Shown here: piece by piece, positions 48,537 to 58,370 of the stretch
How positions within the stretch are numbered: the stretch's first letter is position 1
Layout: each line of letters starts with the position of its first letter
Origin: Anaeromyxobacteraceae bacterium
Lineage (GTDB): Bacteria; Myxococcota; Myxococcia; Myxococcales; Anaeromyxobacteraceae
Reading direction: 5' to 3'
Length of the DNA: 64,000 nucleotides
NCBI GenBank assembly: GCA_047602405.1
Contig: JASGHJ010000002.1
Span: 2,592,001 to 2,656,000, forward strand
Program-made: the position numbers and the translations under genes
The notes under the pieces: model-generated
Database searches by the model: none
Seen by the model: only the letters and a program-made list of their open reading frames with translations
Told to the model about the DNA's origin: nothing

Positions 48537-49646
48537 CGCACCGCCCCCGCCCCCCGGCGCGCCTGCAGGACGAGGAGGACGACGCCGAGGGCGCCGAGCG
48601 CGAGGTTGGGCAGCTCGAGCGCGAGCGCCGCCGGGGCGACGCCCCGCTGGGCGGCCACCTCGCCGAGGCGCAGGAGGATGTAGTGCGCGACCACCGCGGC
48701 GATCATGGCCCCGATGCCGAAGGCCCGGCCGCCGCGCCGGGAGGCGCCGAACGGCACCGCGAGCAGCGCGAAGGGCAGCACCGCGAGCGGCGCGGAGATC
48801 TTCCGGTGCAGGATGCCCTCGAGCCGGCGCGCGAGGCCGAGGTCGCCCTTCGCGCGCGCCGCGCGGGCGCCCTCCGAGAGCTCGTCGAGCGTGTCGCTCG
48901 AGGCCCGCACGAGCGCGCTCCGCTCCGCGAAGACGCTGCCGATGCCCAGCACGACCTCCGCCCGACCGTAGTCGGCGATCACGTAGTCGTCGCTGCCGCC
49001 GTCGTCGCGGTGCACCTCGCCGTCCTCGAGCACGAGGCGCATGTCCTGACCCCGGCCGACCGGCTCGAGCCGGCCCCGCCGCGCGAGCGCGAGCACCGCC
49101 GCGTCCGGGTCGGTGCGGTCGTAGACGAGCACGTTCTCCCACCGCCCGTCCCTCACCCGCTGGGCGTAGAGCACGAAGCCGGCGATCTGGTCGTAGAACG
49201 TCCCCTCCTTCACGTCGCTGCGGACGTTCTTCTTCACGACCTCCACGAGCTGGTCGGTGGCGGCGTCGAGCGCGCGCGGCTCGACCACCACCGAGAGCCA
49301 CACCCCGAGCGCCGCCACCGCGAGGCCGACCGCGACCGGCACCGGCACGAGCCGGGCGGGCGAGATGCCCGCCGCCCCGAGCGCCACCACCTCGCGATCC
49401 TCGGAGAGCCGCGCGATCCCGAGCACCGCGCCGAGCAGGAACGCGATCGGGAGCACGTACCCGAGGAAGTGCGGCATCATGAAGACGATCACCGAGCCGA
49501 CGTCCCAGAGGGACACCGCGGACCCGAACAGCACCTTCGCCTGCGAGAGGATTCTGCGTGGCGAGGAGGAGCTGGGTGAGGAACAGCACCCCCGCGCCGA
49601 AGGGCAGGAGGATTCCGCGCGCCAGGTAGCGGTCGAGGAGCTTCAC
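48533..49646 (-). CDS. lptF: LPS export ABC transporter permease LptF (one +1 frameshift at 49550-49554)
   Basis: MKLLDRYL, LPIAFL, RLSEDREVVAL.AAGIS, LPN; one deletion gives TQILSQAKVLFG. Confidence 0.88.
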
Positions 49647-49653
49647 CGGCCGG

Positions 49654-50160
49654 TCAGCCGCCGAGCTTCTTCTGGAGCGCGGCGTCCTTCGCGAGGACCT
49701 CCGCGGTCATCCGCTCGCGCTGGGCGCGGATGGCGTCGGCGACCTTCGGGTCGGTGCGGGCGATGATGCGGCCCGCGAGCAGGCCCGCGTTCTTCGCGCC
49801 GGCCTTCCCGATGGCGAGCGTGCCGACCGGGATGCCGCCCGGCATCTGCACGGTCGCGAGCAGGGCGTCGAGGCCCTGCAGGTCGGAGGAGGCGAGCGGC
49901 ACGGCGAGCACCGGCAACTCGGACTCGGCCGCCACCACGCCGGCGAGGTGGGCGGCGGCGCCGGCCCCGCACACGATGACCTGGATGCCCCGGGCCGCCG
50001 CGCCGCGGGCGAGCTCGCCCGTCCGCGCGGGGGTGCGGTGCGCCGAGGACACGTGCACCTCGCTCGCGACCCCGAGGTCGTCGAGCGCCTTCTTCACCTC
50101 GGACATGATCTCCCAGTCCGAGTCCGAACCCATCAGCACGAGCACGCGAGGAGCGGTCAT
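49654..50160 (-). CDS. purE: N5-CAIR mutase
   Basis: MGSDSD, SAHRTP, GAGAAAHL, QMPGGIPV. Confidence 0.97.
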   Translation of the reverse strand: MTAPRVLVLMGSDSDWEIMSEVKKALDDLGVASEVHVSSAHRTPARTGELARGAAARGIQVIVCGAGAAAHLAGVVAAESELPVLAVPLASSDLQGLDALLATVQMPGGIPVGTLAIGKAGAKNAGLLAGRIIARTDPKVADAIRAQRERMTAEVLAKDAALQKKLGG

Positions 50161-51419
50161 GATCTCTTCCCGATGTCGCGGCGGTACTGCACGCCGCGGA
50201 AGTGGATGCGAGCGGCGGCCGTATAGGCGCGCGCCGCGGCGTCCGCCACCCCCTCTCCGAGGGCGCAGACCGTGAGCACCCGTCCGCCGGCGGTGACGAG
50301 CCGGCCCTGGGCGTCGAGCGCGGTGCCGGCGTGGAAGACCTGCACGTCGGGCTCGAACGGCCCGTCGGCGCCCTCGATGACGTCGCCGGCCGCCGGCCTC
50401 GCCGGGTAGTGCTCGGCGGCGAGCACGAGGCCGGCCGCCGCCCGGCGGTCCACCTCGAGCGCCACGCCCGAGAGGTCGCCCCTCGCCGCGGCGAGCAGCA
50501 CCGGGACCACGTCGCCCGCGAGCCGCATCATGAGCGGCTGGGTCTCGGGGTCGCCGAGGCGGGCGTTGAACTCGAGGACGCGCGGGCCGGCGGGCGTGAG
50601 CATGAGCCCCGCGTAGAGCGCGCCGCGGAAGGGCTTGCCCCGCCGGGCGAGCTCGCGCACCGCGGGCACGAGCACGTCGCGCTCGACCGTGGCGAGGAGC
50701 TCCGCCGAGACCTCCGGCGTGGGCGAGAAGGCGCCCATGCCGCCGGTGTTCGGGCCCTGGTCGCCGTCGAAGATGCGCTTGTGGTCCTGCGCGGCGGGCA
50801 GCATGCGGACCCGCTCGCCGTCGGTGAAGCCGATGCAGCTCGCCTCGGGGCCGGTGAGCCGCTCCTCGACCACCACCCGCGCGCCGGCGCCGCCGTGGAC
50901 GCGGTCGACGAGGATGGTCCGGAGCGCCTCCTCGGCCTCCGCGACCGACCCGCAGACGACGACGCCCTTCCCCGCCGCGAGGCCGTCGGCCTTCACCACC
51001 ACCCGGCCGCCCCGGGCGCGGGCCCAGGCCAGCGCGGGCTCCGGCGCGTCGAACGCCTCGTAGTCGGCGGTCGGGATGCCGGCCGCGCGCATGACGTCCT
51101 TCGCGAACGCCTTCGAGCCCTCGATCTCCGCCGCCCCGGCCCCCGGGCCGAACACCGGGACGCCGAGCTTCGCGACCCGGTCGGCGAGCCCGAGGACGAG
51201 CGGGCCCTCCGGGCCGACGACCACGAGGTCGATGCGCTCGTCGCGCGCGAACGCGGCGAGCCGCTCGACGTCGTCGGCGGGGATCGGCACCCGCGTCGCG
51301 ACCTTCGCGATGCCGGGGTTGCCGGGCGCGGCGAACAGCGCGCGCACGAGGGGACTGCGGGAGATCTTCCAGGCGAGGGCGTGTTCCCGGCCGCCCGAGC
51401 CGACCACGAGGACGCGCAT
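50157..51419 (-). CDS. purD: Phosphoribosylamine-glycine ligase
   Basis: GSGGREHAL, KADGLAAGKGV, QDHKR, GPNTGGMG, EFNARLGDPE. Confidence 0.97.
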   Translation of the reverse strand: MRVLVVGSGGREHALAWKISRSPLVRALFAAPGNPGIAKVATRVPIPADDVERLAAFARDERIDLVVVGPEGPLVLGLADRVAKLGVPVFGPGAGAAEIEGSKAFAKDVMRAAGIPTADYEAFDAPEPALAWARARGGRVVVKADGLAAGKGVVVCGSVAEAEEALRTILVDRVHGGAGARVVVEERLTGPEASCIGFTDGERVRMLPAAQDHKRIFDGDQGPNTGGMGAFSPTPEVSAELLATVERDVLVPAVRELARRGKPFRGALYAGLMLTPAGPRVLEFNARLGDPETQPLMMRLAGDVVPVLLAAARGDLSGVALEVDRRAAAGLVLAAEHYPARPAAGDVIEGADGPFEPDVQVFHAGTALDAQGRLVTAGGRVLTVCALGEGVADAAARAYTAAARIHFRGVQYRRDIGKRS

Positions 51420-51469
51420 GCGGGACCGCCTCTATACCACGGCCGGCCGGGGGGCCGGGCCGCGTCGCG

Positions 51470-53563
51470 TCACCGGAGCGACAGCTCGAGGAGGAGCGCC
51501 CGGGGCGCGACCAGGTCGGGCCGCTCGGCGGCCAGCGCCCGCGCGAGCGCGAGGGCCTCGTCCCGGCGCCCCGCCCGCGCCGCGGCCCGGGCCACGGCGA
51601 GCCGGGTGGTCACGAGCCGGGCCCGCTGCGCGGTCGGGCTCGCCCGCTCCTCGGCGGCGTCCGCCTCGCGCCCGAAGGCCTCGTAGGTCCGCGCGAGCAC
51701 CTCCCGGGCGACGGCGCTCCCCGGGTCGTCCTCCACCGCGCCACGCGCGAGCGGGAAGGCCACCCGGGGCTTCCCGAGATCGAGCGCCACCTGGGCGAGG
51801 ATCCACTGCGGGGCGGCGGCCTGCGGGGTGAGCGCCCCGGCGGCCCGCGCGAGCGCCTCCGCCCGGACGCCGTGGCCGAAGGCGAGGTGGCAGGCGGCGG
51901 CCGCGGAGAGGGCCCGCTCGCCCCGCTCGCGCGCGGCGCGGCCGAGCGCCTCGAGGCGGTCGCAGGCGTCCGCGGCCGGGGCCGGTCCCTCGTCGAAGTC
52001 GCCGGGGGCGCGCTCGAGGCGCACCTCGAGGGGGTCCTGCGCGAGGAACGCCCGCGCGACCTCGAGCGCCGGGCTCTCGGCGAGGCCGTGGTGGAGCGCG
52101 GCGGCCGCGGCGAGCAGCGTGCGCGGGTCGGACGTCTCGAGCCCCCTCGCCTCCCTCCAGGCCTCGAACGACTCGAGCGTCCGGCCGGCGAGCTCCCCGG
52201 CGCGCAGCGCGAGCAGGCTCGCCACCGAGGGCCCCGCCCGATCGCCGAGCACGCCGGCGGACTCGCGCAGCGCGGCGGGGTCGCCGGCGCGCCAGGCCGA
52301 GAGCGCCGCCTGGAAGCGCGCGGGCGCGGCGCCGGGGACCCTCGCGACCGCCTCTGCCGCCCGGGCCCTCGCGCCGGCCTCGTCGCCCTGGGCGCGCAGG
52401 ATCCCGGCGGTGAGCGCGAGGACGCGCGACGCCGCGAACGCGCCCTTCGCGCGCGGCAGCGCCTCGGCGGCGAGCGCCCGCGCCCCGGCGAGGTCGCCGT
52501 CGGCCTGCCAGGCGAGGCGCGCGAGCAGGTAGAGCGGCTCCCAGGCCTCGGGCTCGGCGCCGCGCCAGCGCTCGAGGGCGGCGCGCGCCTCCTTCCGCTG
52601 GCCGGCCGACTCCCGGATCACGGCCACGAGGTGGAGCGAGCCGGGGTGGCCGGGGTCGAGCGAGAGGCGCTCCTCGGCGAGCGCGAGCGCGTCGGCGTCC
52701 GTCCCCGCGGCCCGGCGCGCCTGCGCGGCGGCGGAGAGCAGGCGGCGATCGCCGGGATCCTTGCGGTAGGCCTCGAGCAACGCGTCGGCGGCGCGCGCCG
52801 GCTCACGCACGCCGGTCGCGAGGCCGAGCGCGAGGGCCGAGGCCGCGTCGCCTGGGGCCGCGGCCACCGCGGTGCCCGCGGCCGCGCGGGCCTCCTCGAG
52901 GTTCCGGGTGGCGTCCACGAGCAGGAGCAGGCGGGCGCGGGCGGCGGCCAGCGCGGCGCGGGGCGGCGCGCCCTTCGGCGCGGCGTCCGCGGCGGCGTCG
53001 AGGAACAGGTGGGCCGCGCGGAGCTCCTCGGCGTCGGCGTCCTCGTCCGAGGCGTCGGCGACGGCCTCGGCGAAGCCGGCGATCGCGGCCACCACCGTGG
53101 GATCCGCGGCCACGGCCTGGCGGAACGCCGCGAGCGCCTCGCGCGTGCGGCCCGGCAGGTCCGCCCGCAGGAGCTCCCGGGCCTCGTGCGCGCGGGCCTC
53201 CGCGAAGCGGCGCGGGTCGCCGGGGGGCGACGCCGGCACGAGGCCGGCCGCCTTCCAGCCCTGGATGCGGTCCTGCACCTCGCCGCGGCGGGGCGACGGC
53301 GGCTCCGGCGGCGGGCGGGAGCGCCACCACGCGACGCCGCCGAGCGCGGCGAGGAGCACGGCGCCGGCCGCGACCGCGGCGAGGACGGCGGGCCGGTCGG
53401 CGGGCGCGCGGGCGGGACGGCCCGCCGGCCGCCCGCGCGCCGCCATCGACGGCCCGCGCGCGGCGCAGGCGTCGCAGAGCGGCACCGCGGAGGCGCGGTC
53501 CTCCGGCGCGTCGAACACCTTGAAGCAGCGGCTGCAGGAGAGCTGCACGGTCCCCGGGGTCAC
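51470..53563 (-). CDS. Membrane-anchored TPR protein with N-terminal zinc ribbon
   Basis: CSRC...CDAC, one TM segment, Ala-rich helical repeats; start uncertain. Confidence 0.7.
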   Translation of the reverse strand: MTPGTVQLSCSRCFKVFDAPEDRASAVPLCDACAARGPSMAARGRPAGRPARAPADRPAVLAAVAAGAVLLAALGGVAWWRSRPPPEPPSPRRGEVQDRIQGWKAAGLVPASPPGDPRRFAEARAHEARELLRADLPGRTREALAAFRQAVAADPTVVAAIAGFAEAVADASDEDADAEELRAAHLFLDAAADAAPKGAPPRAALAAARARLLLLVDATRNLEEARAAAGTAVAAAPGDAASALALGLATGVREPARAADALLEAYRKDPGDRRLLSAAAQARRAAGTDADALALAEERLSLDPGHPGSLHLVAVIRESAGQRKEARAALERWRGAEPEAWEPLYLLARLAWQADGDLAGARALAAEALPRAKGAFAASRVLALTAGILRAQGDEAGARARAAEAVARVPGAAPARFQAALSAWRAGDPAALRESAGVLGDRAGPSVASLLALRAGELAGRTLESFEAWREARGLETSDPRTLLAAAAALHHGLAESPALEVARAFLAQDPLEVRLERAPGDFDEGPAPAADACDRLEALGRAARERGERALSAAAACHLAFGHGVRAEALARAAGALTPQAAAPQWILAQVALDLGKPRVAFPLARGAVEDDPGSAVAREVLARTYEAFGREADAAEERASPTAQRARLVTTRLAVARAAARAGRRDEALALARALAAERPDLVAPRALLLELSLR

Positions 53564-53599
53564 GGGGCGTGAGACTACCAGACGCCCCCTGGTGGGAGG

Positions 53600-53706
53600 C
53601 AGTCCAGCGAAGCCTCCGCCGCAGCGAAGCTGCGGCCAGGCGGAGCTGATCCAGGGGTGGGGCCCCATGAGCTTCGCTCATGGGGCGGGGGGCCTATGGC
53701 CCCCCG
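53600..53706. repeat. Intergenic multi-hairpin (REP-like) element
   Basis: Perfect hairpins GCCGCAGC-GAA-GCTGCGGC, GCCCCATGAGC-TTC-GCTCATGGGGC, GGGGGGCC-TAT-GGCCCCCC. Confidence 0.65.
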
Positions 53707-53711
53707 AGAAG

Positions 53712-55286
53712 TCAGTGTCGGAAGTGGCGCATGCCGGTCGCCACCATGGCGATGCCGGCCCGGTCGGCCGCCGCGATGGTCTCGGCGTCGCGCATCGAGC
53801 CGCCGGGCTGGATGATCGCGGTGGCGCCGGCCTTCGCGATCTCCTCCACGCCGTCCGGGAACGGGAAGAAGGCGTCCGAGCCGACCGCCGCCCCCTTCAC
53901 CTCGAGCTGGGCCTTCATGACCGCGGTCTTCACCGACTCGACGCGGCTCGTCTGGCCGCCGCCGATGGCCGTGGTGCGGTCGCCCTTCGCGAAGACGATG
54001 GCGTTCGACTTCACGTGCTTCACCACCTTCCAGGCGAAGGCGAGATCGCGCCACTCCTGCTCGGTCGGCGCGCGCTTCGTCATGACCTTCAGGTCCTCGC
54101 GGCGGACGCTGCCGAGGTCGCGGTCCATGACGAGGAGGCCGCCGGTGAGGCTGCGGACCTCGCGCGCCTCCTCGGGGCGGCGGCGCCAGCTCGCGCGCGG
54201 CGAGCCGAGGCGGGGCGCCTCGAGGAGCCGGAGGTTCTTCTTCGCGGCGAGCGCCGCGCGGGCGGCGTCGTCGTAGCCGGGCGCGATGACGCACTCGAGG
54301 AAGAGCGAGGTGAGCTCGGCCGCGGCGGCGGCGTCGACCGGCCGGTTGAGCGCGACGATGCCGCCGAAGGCGGAGACCGGATTGCACTCCCGGGCGCGGG
54401 CGAACGCCTCGGCGACCGAGGCGCCGAGGGCGACGCCGCACGGGGTGTTGTGCTTGATGACGACGCAGGCGAGCTCGTCGAACTCCTTCACGCAGGCGAG
54501 CGCCGACTCGAGGTCGAGGAGGTTGTTGTAGCTGAGCTCCTTCCCCTGCAGGACCTTCGCGAACGCGACGGTGGGCTCCTCCGGCTCGCGCCCGGCCCGG
54601 TAGAACGCGCCGGCCTGGTGCGGGTTCTCGCCGTAGCGGAGGTCCTGGACCTTGTCGTAGGTGGCGGCGAGCACGCCGGGGAAGCGCGCCGGGGCGGCCT
54701 CGGGGGCGTCGCGCGAGGTGAGCCACTCGGCGATGGCGGCGTCGTACGCGGCGGTGTGCGCGAAGGCCTTCTTCATGAGGCGGAAGCGGGTCTCCCGGGA
54801 GAGCGCGCCGGTGGCCTCGAGCTCGGAGGCGACCGCGTCGTAGTCGGCGGGGTCCACCACGACGCCGACGTGCTCGGCGTTCTTCGCGGCGCTGCGGACC
54901 ATCGTCGGCCCGCCGATGTCGATCTCCTCGACGCACCCGGCGAAGGGCTTCCCCGCCGCGACCGCCTCGCGGAACGGGTAGAGGTTCACGACCACGAGGT
55001 CGATGGGCGGGATGTCCCGCGCCTTCACGTCGGCCTCGTCGGACGCGAGGCCGCGCCGGTAGAGGATGCCGCCGTGGACCCGGGGGTGGAGCGTCTTCAC
55101 GCGGCCGCCGAGGATCTCCGGGGCGGCGGTGAAGTCGCCGACCGAGACCACCGGGACCTGCGCGTCGGCGAGCGCCTTCTGCGTGCCGCCGGTGGAGAGG
55201 AGCTCGATGCCCTTCGCGGCGAGGCGGCGGGCGAACGGGACGAGCCCGGCCTTGTCGGAGACCGAGACGAGCGCGCGGCGGACCAT
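53712..55286 (-). CDS. purH: Bifunctional AICAR formyltransferase/IMP cyclohydrolase
   Basis: [54 protein letters not shown]. Confidence 0.97.
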   Translation of the reverse strand: MVRRALVSVSDKAGLVPFARRLAAKGIELLSTGGTQKALADAQVPVVSVGDFTAAPEILGGRVKTLHPRVHGGILYRRGLASDEADVKARDIPPIDLVVVNLYPFREAVAAGKPFAGCVEEIDIGGPTMVRSAAKNAEHVGVVVDPADYDAVASELEATGALSRETRFRLMKKAFAHTAAYDAAIAEWLTSRDAPEAAPARFPGVLAATYDKVQDLRYGENPHQAGAFYRAGREPEEPTVAFAKVLQGKELSYNNLLDLESALACVKEFDELACVVIKHNTPCGVALGASVAEAFARARECNPVSAFGGIVALNRPVDAAAAAELTSLFLECVIAPGYDDAARAALAAKKNLRLLEAPRLGSPRASWRRRPEEAREVRSLTGGLLVMDRDLGSVRREDLKVMTKRAPTEQEWRDLAFAWKVVKHVKSNAIVFAKGDRTTAIGGGQTSRVESVKTAVMKAQLEVKGAAVGSDAFFPFPDGVEEIAKAGATAIIQPGGSMRDAETIAAADRAGIAMVATGMRHFRH

Positions 55287-55357
55287 GGGGGGCAACCTCC
55301 GGGAGAGAGGCTGCCCTACCTACCGTGGTCCGCCGTGCCCCGGCAAGGGTTACCGCT

Positions 55358-55948
55358 CTACCAGCCGTCGTGGGGGAGGGTCGACGTCTCCCCCGAGCGC
55401 GGCTCGTCCTCGGCGATCTCGCGCAGGCGCGCGAGGCCCCGGGTCTCGACCTGGCGGATGCGCTCGCGGGTCAGGTTCATGATCGACCCGACCTCCTCGA
55501 GCGTGATGCCGCCGCGGTCGGCGACGTCGAGCGCGCAGGTCTCCTCGAGCTCCCAGACCTCCTTGTCGGGGAAGTTGAGCTTGATGGAGCCCGTGGACGG
55601 GTTCACGTCCAGGTAGAGGTGGTGCTTGCAGGCGATGAACATGCAGGGCCGGGGGCCCTGCGCGCAGTCCGCGCGCGAGCGCGGCCGCCTGGACTCCACC
55701 TCGTGAATGATCGTCTCGAGCTCGGGATCGACCAGGCCGAAGGCGCGCTGGCGCCTCAGCTCCCGGGCGATCTCCTTGCGCGACATGGTCTTCGAGCGCC
55801 GGCGGCCGCGCTTGCCTTCCTCGTCCGCGGCCTCGTCGCCGCCCACCGGGTCGCCGGCCACCTCGACCGCCCCCGCCTCGAGATCCTTGTGCGGGTCCTC
55901 GAGCTCCATTGGCTGCGCTGGCTGCTCGCCACGATTGGCACCGTTCAT
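55358..55948 (-). CDS. Sigma-70 region 4-like HTH protein with Cys/His cluster
   Basis: C..GPRPC....CKHH...[21 protein letters not shown]; start uncertain. Confidence 0.8.
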   Translation of the reverse strand: MNGANRGEQPAQPMELEDPHKDLEAGAVEVAGDPVGGDEAADEEGKRGRRRSKTMSRKEIARELRRQRAFGLVDPELETIIHEVESRRPRSRADCAQGPRPCMFIACKHHLYLDVNPSTGSIKLNFPDKEVWELEETCALDVADRGGITLEEVGSIMNLTRERIRQVETRGLARLREIAEDEPRSGETSTLPHDGW

Positions 55949-56019
55949 CCCCTGCCCACCCTTCCCCGCGGCGCCCACGCGCCGCACGCCGTCCAAGCCC
56001 CGGGCCGGGGCCCCGGTCG

Positions 56020-56523
56020 CTACCCGGCGTCGGCCATGCCGCCCGACACCGTCGCGACCGCTCCGCCCACCTTCTCCAGCCGCCTCAGCGCGGTGCGGGC
56101 CTCCCGCTCCGCGCGCTCCAGCTCCTCCTCGAACCGCCTGCGGCGCGGGTGCACCCGCGCCTTCGCGGTCAGATCCTTCACGAGGTCGCGCAGGCCGGTC
56201 TCGACGTCCTCGAGCCGGTTGCGCACCGTGACGAAGCTGCCGCGGATGTCCTCGACCGTGTAGCCCTCGGCCATCATCCGCTTGATGACCGCGATGCGCC
56301 GGACCACCGACGCCGGGTAGAGCCCGGTCGAGCCGGTGTGCTTGCCCTTGCGGCCCACGCGCCGGCTCCGGGGCAAGAGCCCCAGCTGGACGTACTTCCT
56401 GAACGTCGACGCGGAGAGCCTCGCGCCGCGCGCCTCGAACAGCTTCACGACCTCGACGCTCGTGATGCCGCCCGCGCGCTCGGCCTCGATCCGCTCGATC
56501 TCGCTGAGGTCCAGGAGGTTCAT
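56020..56523 (-). CDS. MerR-like HTH DNA-binding protein
   Basis: [24 protein letters not shown].....GYTVEDIR, C-terminal coiled coil. Confidence 0.75.
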   Translation of the reverse strand: MNLLDLSEIERIEAERAGGITSVEVVKLFEARGARLSASTFRKYVQLGLLPRSRRVGRKGKHTGSTGLYPASVVRRIAVIKRMMAEGYTVEDIRGSFVTVRNRLEDVETGLRDLVKDLTAKARVHPRRRRFEEELERAEREARTALRRLEKVGGAVATVSGGMADAG

Positions 56524-56585
56524 CGTCTCGCGTGCTTCGCTTCAAAATAGGACACCGGGAATCCGCCACTGAAAACTTGATTTCG

Positions 56586-56614
56586 AAGGTAGTCCATTGA
56601 GTAGCCCTTTGCAA
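56586..56614 (-). promoter_or_regulatory. Sigma70-type promoter for the MerR-like gene
   Basis: TTGCAA-17 nt-TACCTT in an AT-rich island. Confidence 0.55.
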
Positions 56615-56679
56615 CGGGCGAAAAGCCCCACCGCACCGCGCGGGGTGCGCGGCGGTTCAGGGCGTCCCCGAGGGGGCCG

Positions 56680-58317
56680 CTAACGAGGGACGAGGCGGGA
56701 GGTGTGGCTCTTGCGCTGGCCGGCCGTCACGCGGAGCGTCGCGATCGACGAGCGGTAGCCGGGGCGCTCGAGCCGGACCTGGTAGCTGCCCGCGGCGAGG
56801 CGGAGCAGCACCGGCGTCGAGTCGGCGACCCGGACGCCGTCGAGCAGGACCGGCGCCCAGGGAGAGGACTCGACGAACAGGAGGCCCTCGCCGGACGACG
56901 CAGGGGGAACAGGGAGGCCGCCGAGGCGGTCGGAGGAGGCGAGGACGTGAGGACGGGGACGGGCAGGAGCAGGAGCGGGAGCAGGTTCAGGAGCGGGTGC
57001 AGGTGCAGTGGGAGGTGCAGGTTCGGCGGCAGACGCGACAGGGGCAGCAGCGGGTTCAGCCGCGGCTGGCAGTGCCGCTGTCGGTGCGGCTGTTGGTGCA
57101 GCTGCCCCTGATGCTTCTGTTTCCGTTCCCGTTCCTGCACCTGCACCTGTTACTGCACCTGCTCCGGATCCTGCAGCAGCATCAATCCTCCTCCAGAGCG
57201 CCCACCCTCCTCCCACCGCGGCCAGCACCACGCTCCCCGCGATCCACGCCCTCCACGCCCGCGCCCTCCGCGTCGCGGGCGCGGTCCGGGTGGTCTCCTC
57301 CCCCGGCGAGGCCGTGCCCGCCGCCTCGGGCCGCGGCGTGCGCACCTTCGTCGGCTCCGGCGCGGAGGCCGGCGACGGGCCCTCCGGGAAGACGCGCGCC
57401 ATGAAGCCGCGCAGGTCCACGTCGTCGTGCGACCGCGCGAGCTCGAGCAGCACGCCCGACAGCGCCGCCACCACGGCGTCCGCCGTGGCGATCCGTGCCG
57501 CGGGGTCGCGGGCGAGCATCGCCATCACCACCGCGTCGAGGTGGGGCGGCACGCCCTCGTTCCACGCGGAGGGCGGCGAGATGGGCTCGCCGGAGAGGAG
57601 CGCCGCGAGCGTCGCGCCCTCCGACTCCCGCGCGAACAGGCGGCGCCCCGCGCAGAGCTCCCAGAGCACGACCCCGAGCGCGAAGAGGTCGGCGCGGGCG
57701 TCGACGTCGGCCGCGCCCCGCGCCTGCTCCGGGGCCATGTACGCGACCTTGCCCTTGAGCGTGCCCGGCGCGGTGAGCCCGGCCTGGCTCTCGGCGCGGG
57801 CGATGCCGAAGTCGGCGAGCTTCACCTCGCCCTCGAAGGAGACGAGCACGTTGTGCGGGGAGACGTCGCGGTGGACGATCCCGAGCGGCCGGCCGCCCTC
57901 CGAGAGCCGGTGGGCGTGGGCGAGGCCCTTCGCGACCTCGGCCGCGACGTGGACGGCCCGGGCGAGGCCGAGCCGGGCCCCCTGCTCACGCGCCCGCTCG
58001 ACGACCTTGCCGAGGTGGTGCCCGCGCACGAGCTCCATCGCGATGTAGTAGCGGGTGCCGCCGCCGGGCCCGGCCTGCTCGACCTGCCCGAACTCGAAGA
58101 CCTGGACCACGTTGGCGTGGCCGAGGCGCGAGGCGAGCCGCGCCTCCTCCACGAACATCCGCACGAACTCGGAGGAGGCCTCGTGCTCGCCGCGCACGAG
58201 CTTCAGCGCGACCTCCTTCACGACGCCGGCCGCGCCGGTGAACTCGGCGCGCCAGACGTCGGCCATCCCGCCGGAGGCGAGGAGCTCCTGGAGCCGGTAC
58301 TTGCCGAAGACGCGCAC
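56680..58317 (-). CDS. Membrane Ser/Thr protein kinase with C-terminal PEGA domain
   Basis: GGMA.V, VALK, HRDVSPHN, DFG, YMAPE; TM segment; PEGA-like tail. Confidence 0.93.
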   Translation of the reverse strand: MRVFGKYRLQELLASGGMADVWRAEFTGAAGVVKEVALKLVRGEHEASSEFVRMFVEEARLASRLGHANVVQVFEFGQVEQAGPGGGTRYYIAMELVRGHHLGKVVERAREQGARLGLARAVHVAAEVAKGLAHAHRLSEGGRPLGIVHRDVSPHNVLVSFEGEVKLADFGIARAESQAGLTAPGTLKGKVAYMAPEQARGAADVDARADLFALGVVLWELCAGRRLFARESEGATLAALLSGEPISPPSAWNEGVPPHLDAVVMAMLARDPAARIATADAVVAALSGVLLELARSHDDVDLRGFMARVFPEGPSPASAPEPTKVRTPRPEAAGTASPGEETTRTAPATRRARAWRAWIAGSVVLAAVGGGWALWRRIDAAAGSGAGAVTGAGAGTGTETEASGAAAPTAAPTAALPAAAEPAAAPVASAAEPAPPTAPAPAPEPAPAPAPARPRPHVLASSDRLGGLPVPPASSGEGLLFVESSPWAPVLLDGVRVADSTPVLLRLAAGSYQVRLERPGYRSSIATLRVTAGQRKSHTSRLVPR

Positions 58318-58370
58318 TCCGCGTGAGTTTACACGCGGAGCGCGCGGACTCTAAGTTCGCGACCGCCGGC

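Noticed and set aside
9002..49554. Calling napA, lptF, ATP-grasp, hemerythrin etc. pseudogenes, or invoking programmed +1 frameshifting at GAATC
   Set aside because: Each has a single identical lesion with no further decay, one is a normally essential gene, the codon phase differs between sites and no stimulatory structure is evident. A sequencing artefact is more parsimonious.
53580..53711. Structured region as SRP RNA, tRNA or riboswitch
   Set aside because: No SRP domain IV (GGAA loop) or cloverleaf signature; only independent tri-loop hairpins.
55287..55357. ZMP/ZTP riboswitch upstream of purH
   Set aside because: The gap is only about 70 nt and I cannot see the conserved aptamer motifs.
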